Of a stretch of DNA of 64,000 nucleotides, positions 41,143-55,756 are shown one piece after another. The notes beneath the pieces were generated by a model. That model worked only from the letters and a program-made list of their open reading frames with translations. It ran no database searches and was not told the DNA's origin. A program made the translations under genes and the position numbers. This DNA comes from Octopus vulgaris (Eukaryota), in NCBI GenBank assembly GCA_951406725.2, contig OX597838.1, positions 36,146,001 through 36,210,000 of the forward strand, read 5' to 3'. Position 1 is the first letter of the stretch. Each line of letters begins with the position of its first letter.

Positions 41143-41551
41143 TTATGGGTTTTTCTTCTTTCAAATTTGCTTCCATTTCTTGCCGAGTGTCTTCCCGACT
41201 CCTAGGGCAAAGAAACTCATTGTATACATTGGAAGGCCATTAAACTAAACTCATTAGTTCGTTCATTTTTTTTTTTTATAGAAATAAAGTTAAATTAAAA
41301 TACATGGGTAGTAATAGTTCTCACATCGACAATGCTCTTCTCAATACGTGTGATGTACCAGTTAAGACAATCTTTTGCACTTCTTGCAGGGATGGTAAGC
41401 CAGGGATCATTCTCATATAATTTTCAGTTCCCTTCTTGATCATTCCTAGTGCTCCTATGATCACTGGTATTGTAACCGCCTTGAGATGCCACATTTTCTC
41501 AATTTCAATGAGCAGGTCTTTATATTTTCTGAGCTTGTCAAATTCTTCTTC
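41143..41551 (-). mobile_element. Second R4/Dong-type family, 3' fragment
   Basis: Minus strand reads KLRKYKDLLIEIEKMWHLKAVTIPVIIGALGMI..VQKIVLTGTSHVLRRALSM*. Confidence 0.8.
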
Positions 41552-41570
41552 TTATTATTAGTATTATTAT

Positions 41571-42104
41571 AGACATCACACATTATACAATATCGTGAGG
41601 TTATTGATGGAAGATATTGTGTCTACCAGAGATTTGTACTGTTTGTCAAGACACAACAAGGACCTCAGACAGACACTACTTTACGCAATATGCCTGCAGT
41701 TCCAAGTTATGTCGACTTTTGTAATGCATCTAGATTGTAGGGTATTTCTAAGGTTTGCAGATGTCTTTTCAGATTGGGTGGTATCGAACCCAGTTCTCCA
41801 ATGACAATAGGGATAATCTTTATGCTCGACTCTCGTGGCTGCCACATCTTTGAGATCTCAATTCTCAGGCTTCCATATTTATCAACTTTTTCTTTCATGA
41901 AGATGTGTTGATCACCTGGCAATGCTACATCAATTATTAGGCACTCATGTTTGTCCCTCATAAAGGTTACTATATCTAGCCTTTGGTACTCTAACACTTT
42001 GTGCGTCTGGAAATCAAAATCCCAGAGGATTTTTACTTACCCCTTTTCATCCATTACCTTTTCCAGTGTATGTTGGCTCCAAGCACCCGTAACCTCATAT
42101 CCAT
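41571..42104 (-). mobile_element. R4/Dong-type LINE 3' fragment, copy 2
   Basis: Near-identical to 40581-41115, with the same 5' truncation point. Confidence 0.85.
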
Positions 42105-42108
42105 ATTA

Positions 42109-42142
<34 letters not shown>

Positions 42143-43263
42143 TATATGTATATATCACAGTTATTAGACTGTGGCCATGCTGGAGCACTGCCTTGAGGAA
42201 TTTTTAGTTGAAGGAATTGACTCCAGCACCTGTTTTTACTGAACTGCTAAGTCACGAGGTTGTAAACAAACCAATACTGGTTGTCAAGCAGTGGTGGAGG
42301 AACAAACACACAGACACCCATACAATGGGCTTCTTTCACTTTCTGCCTAATAGATCCCCTCATAAGGCTGTCATCAACCCAGGGCTATAATAGAAGACAC
42401 ATGCCCAGGGTGCCACTTAGAGGGACTGAACCCAGAACCATGTAGTTGGGAAGCAAGCTTCTTAGATACGCAGCCACACCTGTGCCTATATGTGTGTGCC
42501 TATATGTGTGTGTGTATATGTGTGTGTGTAATACAAAAGTCAAAATATGATATTTATAATGTCATAAGTTATAAAATACATCATATTCTGTATGTATACA
42601 GAGAGAGCAATCAGAGATACCCCATTCAAGACAGCTTTATCTACACACACATATGTGTATATAAATGTATATATATATATGAATGTCTGTGTGCCTTTGT
42701 GTGTGTATGTGTGTGTGTGTGTGTGTGTAATTGTCTGTGTTCTTTATTAATTCTGGTCCTTATCATTAACCCTTATCGTTATTATTAATTTTTTTTTCTC
42801 CCCAATTCATTATACCTAAAACTTCATTTAACAAAGGACATTATTAAGAAAAAACATGCAAAAATACAAAACAAAAAATCATATAGAAATGTATGCTTGT
42901 GTGTGTGTGTGTGTGTGTGTGTGTTTGTGTGTGTGTGTACACGTGTGCATGTATGTGCGTGTGTGTGTGTGAACCTTCCACAAGTAATATTAAACTTTGA
43001 AAACTATACCCATTTAGAGCAAGTGGTATATATAAAAATATATGCATATATAGACTCATGTACACAAATACACATATTCATATACACTCGTATATTTATA
43101 TGTGTGTGTGTGTATGTATATATGTATGCATACATACGCATGTATTTATATATATGTGTATGTGTATGCAGATATATATAAGTATATATATTATGTATGT
43201 ATTTGTACGCATCTACATGCATATGTATATATATATATATATATATATTGCATATGAGTATAT

Positions 43264-43324
<61 letters not shown>

Positions 43325-43429
43325 ATACATATGTATAATATGCATAGAAAAGTTTATATATATATATGTGTGTGTGTGTGTGTATATACATATGTATAAT
43401 ATGCATAGAAAAGTTTATATATATATATG

Positions 43430-43483
<54 letters not shown>

Positions 43484-43518
43484 TGTATATACATATGTGT
43501 AATATGTATAGAAAAGAT

Positions 43519-43554
<36 letters not shown>

Positions 43555-43708
43555 TATATATATATGTAATCTTACTATCTTCTGGGGAACTTTGTGTGTG
43601 TATGTACATACACACGCAGACACACATGCTCATACTCACACGCAGGCACGCATACGAGCTCCCTATAAATATCGCTAAACTGCGAAAAACTATTGCAATT
43701 TCGAACAG

Positions 43709-43744
<36 letters not shown>

Positions 43745-44459
43745 TTATAACACAGACACACACACGTTTATAATAGTTTGTGGTGTGTCTATGTATGTAC
43801 GTAGGGGGGGTACCTATATTGTGTTGCTGTACCTTTCAATGATGTGGGTGCTGACCTCAGTCTTAATGGCTTTGTCTGAAAATTATATGGAAATCATTTT
43901 AAATGGAGAGAATGATATTAATTAAGTCTATTGCACTGTTGATTGTTCGGATTTTATGACTTCATTCATTCTAACCATTGTTGTTCCTGTTTTACCGTTT
44001 TTTCTCTTTATCTTCTTTTTGTTTTTGTTTTTGTTTTTGTCGAAGTTCCCCCGTTGTTCTGTTGTTGTGGTGTATATATCTTTGTAGAAACAGTATATAT
44101 TTATTAGTGTAAAATGGTAAAATGGTAAACTGGAGGTGTTGGCTGGGAGACGGGTAAAGTTTTCCGGGAGAGATTAAGCAGCATGTATATATATATATGT
44201 ATATATATATATATGTATATGTATGTGCGTGTGTGTGTGTGCATGTGTTTATATGTATGTATAAGTGTGTATATGAATGTATATGCATGTCTATATCTGT
44301 GTGTGTTTTTATATGTATTTATGTATATATATATGCATAAGTATGTGCATATACATATATGTATATATACATACATACATACATATGTATGTGTACACAT
44401 ATATATATATAATATAGATAATATATAAATATAAGCATATATACATACATGTACATACC

Positions 44460-44493
<34 letters not shown>

Positions 44494-45056
44494 TATGTAC
44501 ATACATATATATATATATAAGCATATATAGGTATATATACATACACACACATTCATACATATGTGTATATAGATATTTGGGTTATATATATATATATGTG
44601 TGTGTGTGTGTATATTTATGCATGTATGTGTGTATGTATGTTGCAGAGGGAGATATGGAGATAGATATAGACACACATGTAATTATTCCACACATATTTT
44701 TTTATACATACATTTAGTGTTTCTATATGTAATCAATGTCAATATATAAGTGATTTTCTGTAAATACATATAAATACATTTCTCATTATGTGCTTCTGTC
44801 TGCATGTGTGCGTTGCATAAAGGCAATGCACATCTGCATACAACTGTAGGGATGCACATATGCGTTCACAATCATAAGCACACAGAATTGATAATGTAAT
44901 ATACATACTTATATACATAGAGATTGCTCTGCTATGCACATTATATATATATATATATGTATATCCTGATTGCTGTTATTAGTTTGTATATACACTCACG
45001 TGTATATATTTACTACATACATGAACATATACTAGGACACACATTCATGCATAAAT

Positions 45057-45101
<45 letters not shown>

Positions 45102-45290
45102 AACACTTTCTGTTATACATGCACAGATATGAGTGTACATATATATTAATGCATACACCTATTGGACTCACACCGATGTGAAACTAATATCTACGTTCAG
45201 TCTATAGATGCATACTAAAATATGTATGCATGTGTGCATATATATGTATGTATATATGTATATATACATGTATATGTAAGTATATGTATG

Positions 45291-45326
<36 letters not shown>

Positions 45327-45376
45327 TATGTAAGTGTATATGTATGTATATATTTATATGTGCATATTTATATGTG

Positions 45377-45409
<33 letters not shown>

Positions 45410-45479
45410 ATGCGTATATACATTAAAATTTATATGTGTATGTGCTTATATATGTAGGTGTATATATATGTATATGTAG

Positions 45480-45513
<34 letters not shown>

Positions 45514-45568
45514 GTCTAAGTATGTATATATATATCTATATGCACATATATGTGTATATATGAGTAGA

Positions 45569-45599
<31 letters not shown>

Positions 45600-46282
45600 T
45601 TATATCAGTTTATATGTGAATGTTCATATATATATGTGAGTGTGAGCACATATATGTATATATATATATGTATTTTCACACACATATCTATATATATATA
45701 CACATGTGTATATATTTTTATATGGATATACACTATACATTCATTGACTGGTTTACACATGCAGGTACTTTCATGCATCTATATGCATGCATGTGTGTGT
45801 GTGTGTGTGTGTGTGTGTATGCGCGTGTGCTTACAGGGTCATGACGCAAACATATTTGTACACACACATGCATGTGTACATGCACTTATACACACATGCA
45901 CAAAAATTAATATCGAGAAATGGCTATTTGGAATGATGTGGGAAGGTGTGAATAGAATTTTGGTAAATGCGGAAGGTTAATCAACCACAAAACTGATTAA
46001 CACTTTTTGAGGTGTGAGTTCTGTTCTGAGCCAAGGAATGATTGATTTCATATGGTCTGTATATCAGGATACAGCAGTAACTATGTACACATGTGTTTGT
46101 ATGTGTGTGTATATGTATATATGTATATGTATAAATGCATATATATTTATATGTATTTATATTAATATTTGTTTGTTTTTTTTTTTATTCAGTTATAATA
46201 AAAACAACTTTGCATTAATCTAAGGGGTTACTTTATACTTTTATAAAGTACAAGTTTATTCTTAAACAAGAATGTTGCAGAT

Positions 46283-46323
46283 AGTGACTTCGAAGTTTTG
46301 GCTAGTTAAGCCATTGTCAGACT
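46283..46323 (-). ncRNA. Decayed type I hammerhead motif
   Basis: AGU CUGACAA UGGC UUAACUA GCCA AA ACUUCGAAGU C ACU; two CpG-to-CpA reversions restore CUGACGA..GAAA; GUC triplet; adjacent to (TA)n. Confidence 0.55.
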
Positions 46324-46458
46324 GCTACATATATATATATATATGTCTGGCCTCGGGATATATATATATATATACGCCATGTTGAATCGTTAGCTCCTGC
46401 ATGCATTTTTTGATATATATATCTCTCCTTGTTTCTCTCCTTGTTTCTTTTCTGTGTA

Positions 46459-46496
46459 TCTTTCTGTCGAAGAGCGTAGGCTCGAAACGTAAAAGA
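46459..46496 (+). ncRNA. Hammerhead motif (A6U core variant) in a Penelope-like fragment (~46375-46593)
   Basis: UCUUU CUGUCGA A GAGC GUAG GCUC GAA ACGU A AAAGA; the element is flanked by (TA)n. Confidence 0.6.
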
Positions 46497-46642
46497 CTTG
46501 TTTTATTTCTATTCCTAAGCGCCATACTAATACATTTGTTTGTTTGTACACCACCTTCCTTCGTCTTTTGTTTATTTTCATAAACCTTCCCATTATATAT
46601 ATATATACATATATATATATATACATATATATACATATATAT

Positions 46643-46767
<125 letters not shown>

Positions 46768-46959
46768 TGGCGCAGCCTCCTGGCTTCCCAGACCCTGGTT
46801 GAACCATCCAGCCCATGCTAGCATGGAAAACAATGATGATGATGATGATGATATATGTATATATACACATACACAAATACATATTCATAGGTTTGATGAT
46901 GCAAACAAGAAAATAAAACTTCAAAATATGATATATATATATATGTATATATGTAAATA

Positions 46960-47014
<55 letters not shown>

Positions 47015-47105
47015 ATAATAGAAATATTAAAATTACTAAGTCTCTCTAAAAGAGAACAACGGCAGCGTTCCCGGAAAATATAGTATGGCATAACTAATAT
47101 TTATG

Positions 47106-47140
<35 letters not shown>

Positions 47141-47264
47141 TGTATATATATATGTGTATATATATATATATGTATATATGTATGTATATATATATGTATA
47201 TATATATGTATATATATATATGTATATATATATATGTATATATATGTATATATATATGTATATA

Positions 47265-47337
<73 letters not shown>

Positions 47338-47419
47338 ATATATATGTATATATATGTATATATATATATATATGTATATATATGTATATATGTATATATA
47401 TATGGATATATATATATAT

Positions 47420-48122
47420 GGATAGACTTGTGGAAATATGCTGTGCTCGAGAAGACCCGGCAAACCAGATGAAACCATAACCCGTGGCCTATGCCAGGAG
47501 CATAACCAGCCCACTTATGCATAGCTTTTTCCTTCTTTGGTCACTAAACTTTGCTTGTGAAGACCTGTTGAGGCAAGTGAAATCAAAATCAAAATCATTT
47601 CGATGACTGACAGAGCAGCCAACTGGCTTCCATACCCATGACACGTAAAAGGGCACCATACGAGTGTGATCGTTGACAGAGAAGCTATTCGAGTATGATC
47701 ATTAACAGCGTCGCCTTACTGGCACTTATGCCTGTGCTAGTAGGGTGCCAAGAGTACCATCTGAGTGTGATCATTGCCAGAGCAGCCAACTAGCTTCCGT
47801 ACCCTCGACACGTACAAGGGCACCATTCGAGCGTGATCGTTACCAACATCACTTCACTGGCACCTGTGCCGGTGGCACGTGTAAAAAGATTCGAGCGAGG
47901 TCATTGCCAGTACCGCCTTACTGGCCCCCATGCAGGTGGCACCTAAAAAGCACCCACTACACTCTCAGAGTGGTTGGCATTAGGAAGGGCATCCAGCTGT
48001 AGAAACTCTGCCAGATCAAGACTGGAGCCTGGTGCAGCCATCTGGTTGCCAACCCTCAGTCAAAATCGTCCAACCCATGCTAGCATGTGAAACGGACGTT
48101 AAATGATGATAATGATGATGAT
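47420..48122 (+). mobile_element. RTE-clade LINE 3' end with long, internally repetitive 3' UTR
   Basis: ORF end [15 protein letters not shown], repeated gagtgtgatc/gagcagccaact modules, tail ..catgctagcatg..ggacgttaaatgatgat; shorter copies near 10298, 20546, 35600, 39820, 46765 and 52824. Confidence 0.7.
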
Positions 48123-48252
48123 GGTGTTATATTTCATTTATTAATAATTGGTAGAAGTTACAGACTGACTGAAGGATTGAGAGTTTTGTGCATTTGATAA
48201 TTGCCAACACATGAAAGTTTTAGCCTTTAAGTCACTCTGTAACTTCTGCCAA

Positions 48253-48543
48253 TCTTTATATATAAAACTGAAGTTGTGTGTGTGAGAGTCTGTCTCCTCC
48301 AATTTAGATTCCTAACTACTCCCACATTTTGCGGTGCAGTTTAACCAAAAGCGAGTATCTTATAGTCATGATTCATATCGAGCTCTTCTGGGTATTAGAG
48401 CGCGTCTACGATGAGTCTACGATGATAAAAAAATTTACCATCATTTTTTCGCATTTTTAATGCATTTTTTGCAGTAACTCTCTAAAAATGCTTATATAGT
48501 TATTTCCCTTACAAACCCAAGCAACGCCGGACGATACTGCTAG
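48253..48543 (+). mobile_element. Non-autonomous Helitron, full length
   Basis: 5' TC(tttatatataaaa), subterminal hairpin remnant and 3' CTAG, inserted between A48252 and T48544 with no TSD. Confidence 0.85.
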
Positions 48544-48636
48544 TTATTAATAAAAAAGAAACTGAGTAAGGACGTAGGTGCAAAACAAGGTGGGAAAAAA
48601 TAGTACTTGACTACCAAAGGCAGAGTAAAATATTAA

Positions 48637-49720
48637 CCCTTTCGATACCAAACCGCCCAAAGCCGCCCGAAAAAAATTTTGGTCAATGTGACCAAACCGC
48701 CCAAACCCGCCCGAATTTACCTATTCATATTTAAATGAGAATATCAGAGCAAATCTCTTTAGTACATTCGTGAAAACACGTATTATATTTCGTAAACAGT
48801 TCAACTACAGTTTTGTACAACAATCGAAGTGTAATTTTAATTATGTGAAGTTTGGGAGATTTTTTTCCGAAATTTGTTCCTATTGTGTTTTCAAAATTTG
48901 TAATTCTGACAAAAAATGGATACGAATTTCATTATATCAAGCAGTGAGTCAGAATTCGAAGGATTTTCTACTGAAGACCTTCATAAATCTAACTCTATGA
49001 CTGAAAAAAAAAGCACGAGGTATTTGATAATGAATCCGATGTTTCATTTTCCGAAAGTGAAAACAGTGAATTCGTGAGTTCCGACAGCGATAAAGAAAAT
49101 GAATTGGCACCTGAATGGAGTGAAAATTTAAAAACTGTTTCTTTCGGTGATTTTTCTGAAGAAACTGGACCAAGCCACAGACTTTCCCAGAAGAGTAAAG
49201 CGTTAGACTATTTCTTTTTACTTTTTCAAATGAGCCTATTTGAAATCATTACCGCGGAAACGAACCGTTACGCTAAACGTAAACAAAGCGAAAGAAAGGA
49301 TACTTTGTGGTTTCCCACAACCTTAAATGAAATTAAGACTATTTTGCCATAAATATTATTATGGGTATCAGAAAGTTACCCAGAATAACAAATTCTATCG
49401 TAAAATTTTGTTGTATACCCAATTGAATATTAGCTAATAACCCATTTTCTATAGCGATGTTTGAACAAAATTTTAATAATTTTATATTTTGTTGAATTTA
49501 CCTGTATCTACCTGCAATCAGAGTCACTTTGTGACAAAAATTACAGTATAGAATTGGTTGAGAACATTTCATTAAATTATCTTCCAAAATCAGATTAATA
49601 TATTGATAAATAAAAAAGTTATAGTTGTTTAATGAAACCAGACTAAATTTATGATTACGTTAGAAATTAATTGAAACACATAAGGGGTGTATTTTGGTCA
49701 GAAATATAGTAACCAAAGGG
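48637..49720 (+). mobile_element. Non-autonomous piggyBac element
   Basis: TTAA at 48633-48636 and 49721-49724; ends CCCTTT../..AAAGGG; ORF 49074-49352 (LDYFFLLF..IITAETNRYA..WFPTTLNEIK) resembles a piggyBac transposase N-terminus, then frameshift and deletion. Confidence 0.88.
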
Positions 49721-49819
49721 TTAAACATGAACGGCAAAATCAAGTTCATTGGAATTTGAATTCAGAACGTGAAGATGGGCAAAATACTGCAATATGTGCA
49801 CAAGGCCCGAAATGTTTAA

Positions 49820-50500
49820 CCCTTTTGTTACCATATTTCTGTTGAGATGCTCTGTGTTTCTTTCAATTAATTTTAAATATAACAAACAATTTAATGAAGT
49901 AACTTAGTTATCATTTAGCTAGTGTTAGGAACATAAATTGTGACTAAGGTTTGGTAGAAGATTTTAATTCAAACCTTATGGAAACAAGACATTTGTACTC
50001 AGAGCCAGAACTAGTTTCAGGTGGGTTGGTATTGAAAGGGTTAAGAATTGCTTCTCTATTATATATTTTACCCTTTTATTACCATATTTCTGTTGAGATG
50101 CTCTGTGTTTCTTTCAATTAATTTTAAATATAACGAAGAATTCGTAAAATAATTTAGTGTATCATTAAGCTAGTGTTAGGAACATAAATTGTGACTAAGG
50201 TTTGGTGTAAGATTTTAATTCAGAACTTTTGAAAACCAGACATTTGTACTCAGAGCCAGAGCCAGTTTCAGCCGGGTTGGTATTGAAAGGGTTAAGAATT
50301 GTTTCTTTATTATATATTTTAACCCTTTTGTTACCATATTCCTGTTGAGATGCTCTGTGTTTCTTTCAATTAATTTTAAATATAACAAAGAATTCATAAA
50401 ATAATTTAGTGTATCATTAAGCTGTTGTTAGGAACATAAATTGTGACTAAGGTTTGGTGGAAGATCAGAGGCAGTTTCAGGCGGATTGGTATCAAAAGGG
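49820..50500 (-). mobile_element. Three tandem piggyBac-type MITEs (49820-50040, 50071-50291, 50323-50500)
   Basis: Each runs CCCTTTT..AAAGGG with TTAA ends; termini resemble those of the 48637 element in reverse orientation; shared ~27-bp linker. Confidence 0.85.
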
Positions 50501-51197
50501 TTAAGGAAGATGCTAGTTGACTACATCAACTCCAGTGCTCAGTTGGTACTTATTTGATTGATCCTGAAAGGATGAACCGCAAAGTCAACCTTGGTGGAAT
50601 GTGAACTCAGGTCATAAAGACAATTGAAGTGCTACAAGGTATTGTGTTTGGCACCGTAATGATTTTACACGCTCATCACCTTTCTGAGACAGTAATACTA
50701 AATCTACTAATAATAATGGTATGACGAATCTCTTAGGGAGACATTTATCTTCTCTCCCCTTCCAGCTAACTTTAAATCCATTAACAAAGCTGTTAATTAA
50801 AATCACCCAGTGATTATAAGTGCTACAGACCAATAATGAACCATTTTATCTAAATGGATGAGTTAGAAATGTTTACATAGAGTCACATCTCGGGAGGAAA
50901 TCTTACTGAAAACTGTTCATAAATTCAGTCAAAATACAATGATCTGCATGGGATTAGAGGAGTCTGCTGAAAATAGTATTAAATGATGAAGCAAATTAGC
51001 TAAGACAGAAAACATTTAATTAGACATAGACACCAGAAATCAAAGAATTCAATCAGAACAAACTATACAAGTATTTAGCACTGAGATGAAACTGATAAAA
51101 CGAAGGAGAAAAATTAGAAAAGAGCAACCGCAGAAGTGCCAAATTAATATATATATATATATATATACACCCATACATATACATACATACCTCTCAA

Positions 51198-51242
<45 letters not shown>

Positions 51243-51320
51243 GTATACACACATTTCCTTGTTTGTTTACTTGAATGTATAAATTTCAATTATACATACA
51301 TATAACTATATATACACATG

Positions 51321-51366
<46 letters not shown>

Positions 51367-51429
51367 ATATATGTATGTATAAATATATATATATATATGT
51401 ATGTATAAATATATATATATATATGTATG

Positions 51430-51465
<36 letters not shown>

Positions 51466-51669
51466 TATATGTATATATAAATATATATGTATATATATAT
51501 ATATATATATACATCTTCCCTTCTTTCCTGAGCGTCCAATAATACTTTATTTGTTCCACGTCCTTGCGTTGTTGTCTTTTTGTTTTCTTGTTTGGATTAA
51601 CTTTATATATATATATGTGTGTGTGTATGTATATATAGGTACATATATATATATATGTACAAACATATA

Positions 51670-52280
51670 TTCTTTTATTGTTTTACTTGTTTCAGTTATT
51701 TGACAGCGGTCATGCTGGAGCACCGCCTTAAAGGGTTTTTTTAGTTTAAGAAATCAATCCCAGGATTTATTCTTTGTAAGCCTAGTACTTATTCTATCTG
51801 TCTCTTTTGCTGAACCACTACGTTACGGGGACATAAATGCACCAGCATCAGTTGTCAAGCGATGGCCCAGGCACAAACACACTCACACTCCTAATAAACA
51901 AAGGGCTTCATTCAGTTTCCATCTACGAAATCCACGCACAATGCTTTGGTCGGCTATAGTAGAAAGCACTTGCCCAAGGTGCCACACAGTGGGACTGAAC
52001 CCGGAACTATTTGGTTGGAAAGCGAGCTTCTTACCACACAGCCACGCCTGCACCTATATATATATACCTATGTATCTTTTATCTTTTACTTGTTTCAGTC
52101 ATTGGACAGTGGCCATGCTACGCCTTGGAGAATTTTTAGTTGAATGAATCAACTCCAGTGTATTTTTGATGGGCGTGGTACTTATTTTATCAGTCCTTTT
52201 TGCCAAGCTGCTAAGTTACAAGAATGTAAACACATCAACACCAATTATCAAGTAGTGGTGGGAGACAAACACAGACACAC
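51670..52280 (-). mobile_element. Two adjacent diverged family A SINEs
   Basis: Reverse-complement matches at ~51670-52054 and ~52075-52280. Confidence 0.8.
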
Positions 52281-52823
52281 ATCGATATTGATACACACAC
52301 ACACATCCATATTGATACACACACATCTATCTATTGCGGTCAAGCAACCTGTTTGCCTGTCCCTTTTTCTTATATACAATATATATACTGAACTTTACAG
52401 AAGTTCCTGCCGGTAATCGGCTATATTTACATACCGAATTCTACCAGTAAATAATTGGGGTTTTTTTTAAAAGCCTTTATAGAAATTATTTACTCTTATT
52501 ATTATATTATCTATCTATATATATATATATACTCAGAGAGCTTTATCTATCTTTACTCTGAGAACTTTATATTATTGGAAAACCTATATAAAATTAGCTG
52601 AAGATTACTCGACATATTAAATCTGCTGTAATATTTACAGCTTTTAATAAAATGTTGTAGTATGAAACAATTGTACTAAATTACCGGATTCATTCTTGTT
52701 GCTTATTTTTTATTATAATCACCCAGCATATTTTTATGGGTAAGACCATAAAAAATTCTGGTGCATCTAAATTAAGTATCATATTCATTTGAATCTAAAT
52801 TGTTTGCTATATATATATATATA

Positions 52824-53138
52824 TCATCATCATCATCATCATCGTTTAACGTCCGCTCTCCATGCTAACATGGGTTGGACGGTTCAACCGGGGATCTGGG
52901 AAACCAGAAGGCTGCACCAGGCTCCAGTCTTATCTGGCAATGTTTCTACAGCTGGATGCCCTTCCTAACGCCAACCACTCCGTGAGTGTAGTGGGTGCTT
53001 TTTATGTGCCACCTGCACAGGTGCCAGGCAAGGCTGGCAACAGCCACGGTCGGATTGGTGCATTTTACGTGCCACCGGCACGGAAGTCAGTCGAGGTGGC
53101 GCTGGCATCGGCCACGAGTCAGATAGTGCTTTTTACGT
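52824..53138 (-). mobile_element. RTE 3'-UTR-type fragment
   Basis: Same family as 20546-20895. Confidence 0.75.
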
Positions 53139-53150
53139 ACAACCCATAGT

Positions 53151-53534
53151 GTGGAGGCGCAATGGCCCAGTGGTTAGGGCAGCGGACTCGCGGTCATAGG
53201 ATCGTGGTTTCGATTCCCAGACCGGGCATTGTGAGTGTTTATTGAGCGAAAACACCTAAAGCTCCACGAGGCTCCGGCAGGGGATGGTGGTGATCCCTGC
53301 TGTACTCTTTCACCACAACTTTCTCTCACTCTTACTTCCTGCTTCTGTTGTACCTGTATTTCAAAGGGCCGGCCTTGTCACTCTCTGTGTCACGCTGAAT
53401 ATCCCCGAGAACTACGTTAAGGGTACACGTGTCTGTGGAGTGCTCGGCCACTTACACGTTAATTTTACGAGCAGGCTGTTCCGTTGATTCGGATCAACCG
53501 GAACCCTCATCGTCGTAACCGACGGAGTGCTTCC
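53151..53534 (+). mobile_element. SINE family B, tail type 2
   Basis: tRNA-like head; 12-bp TSD acaacccatagt at 53139-53150 and 53535-53546. Confidence 0.9.
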
Positions 53535-55157
53535 ACAACCCATAGTAACCTTAATACACAAATAAAGAAATTTTATCCACCAATTCAGTGTTGAGCACTC
53601 TTTCTCACTATTTGAAATGTACGTACACACATACACATATACACACATGTGTATGAGAAGGAGTGGCCATGTGGTTAGACGTTTGCTTCCAACCACATGG
53701 TTCATATATATATATGAAAGGCTTCTTTCAGTTTCCATCTACCAAATTCACTCACAAGAATTTGTTTGTTCCAGGGCTATAGTTGAAGACATTTGCCCAA
53801 GGTGTTACACTGTGGGACTGAACCCAGAACCATGTGGTTGGAAGCAAACGTCTAACCACATGGCCACTTTTGTGTCTCCATACACACACACATGCAAGTG
53901 TGACTGTGTGTGGTGGAGAAGCTTGCTTCCCAACAATGTGGCCTTGAGTTCAGTCCCACTGTATTACATTTATCATCATTCTGATACTTACACCTTCATT
54001 AAAAGTCTTCATCTGCCTCCACTCATACTCCACTATAGTCACAGCTTTACTTGCGTAAGTCATTTCTTCTCAGCCTTTCTCACTTTCAGCACGGCCACTG
54101 TTTTCTCTTTTGAGTATGACAGAGAGAACGAATGTGACAAATTATACTTAACATTTCACATGCTTCTATACTTGGAACATCATATATATATGTGTGTGTA
54201 TGTATATACACTCATACTCACACACACTCACAAACACACAATAAAATAAGTAAAATCTATATATGCATATATGCATGTAAATATATATATATGTGCATAT
54301 ATATATATATATACTAATATCTATATAAATGCATGAAAATGTATGTTAGTGTGTGTGTGTTTGTATTCATGGTATTAGAAATGGTTATTCAATGCACGCC
54401 CATTTTTCACTAACTTTGTTACCAGTCCTTCAAACGTGTTAGAATCATGATTCCTCAACACCTACACACAACTTACCTACATACACACACACAGAAACAC
54501 AAAGAGCCTAGGCTTTGAAATCGAAATATACTAAACACGTTAAAACACATACAATGATTGTGTGTCACTATAATGTCATTGCTACAATGTCACAACACAC
54601 TGTCATATTGCCATCCTCATGCATTGATCGCTTCTCACAGATGTTTCACTATATATATATATACGTAGCCACAGAAACACAGCATTCACATCCACGGCAT
54701 TGCATTCATGGCATTGCTTCCTCGAACCCAAACCCACACCAAACCGACCTGCACCGGACCGACCGATTTCCAACTGTGCAGACGGAATAATATTCCAAAA
54801 CAAGCGGTTCATCTGGTATTTCAAATTACACATGCATTCTTTTGACAGCATTCAGGAGTTTTGTCAAGTTCACGTTCTTTGGAATTATGGCTTAGAGCCA
54901 GTCTCGGTGCTGACAAAAGCCATCTAATTGTACGTATTTATCTTCCTAATCTGAAAATGGTATTTCAGAAAACTTTTCAGGAATATTGGTCCAACAGCAG
55001 GTGACTGGAGGAGATTGTCAATGGCGTGCTATTGTATTGTGCTTATGTCTATGTGTGTATATATGAGTTTGTGTGGGTGTGTGTCTGTGTGCATATGAGC
55101 ATTTCTATATATGTGTGTGTGCATGATTTATATATATTCATGTATATGTATATACGT

Positions 55158-55191
<34 letters not shown>

Positions 55192-55710
55192 GTATGTGCA
55201 TGTATATATGTGTATAAATATATATATATATATGTATGTATGTGCATGTATATATGTGTATAAATATATATATATATACGTATGTATGTGTATGTATATA
55301 TGTGTATAAATATATATATATGTATGTATGTGCATCTATATATGTGTATAAATATATATATATATATGTATGTATGTGCATGTATGTATGTGTATAAATA
55401 TATATATATATATATGTATGTGCATGTATATATGTGTATATATATGTATAAATATATATATATAATATATAAATATATATATAGACTTAAACACACACAT
55501 GCACAGACACCCATATATATGTACGGTTGTGAGTATATATATATATATATATATATACAAACATCCATATACACACACGTTTATATGCTCTCACACACAA
55601 TACATGCATTCAAAAGTGTGTGCATGTATATATATATATATATATGAGTGCATGTTTGTATATATATATGTATATATATACACACACACATATATAATAC
55701 ATATACATAC

Positions 55711-55756
<46 letters not shown>

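Noticed and set aside
50749-50765. Strong-looking splice acceptor cttctctccccttccag
   Set aside because: It is followed by early stop codons, with no coding exon or donor evident.
53151-53225. tRNA genes at SINE heads (also 6642, 14430, 1233)
   Set aside because: Cloverleafs are imperfect and continue into SINE bodies with TSDs.
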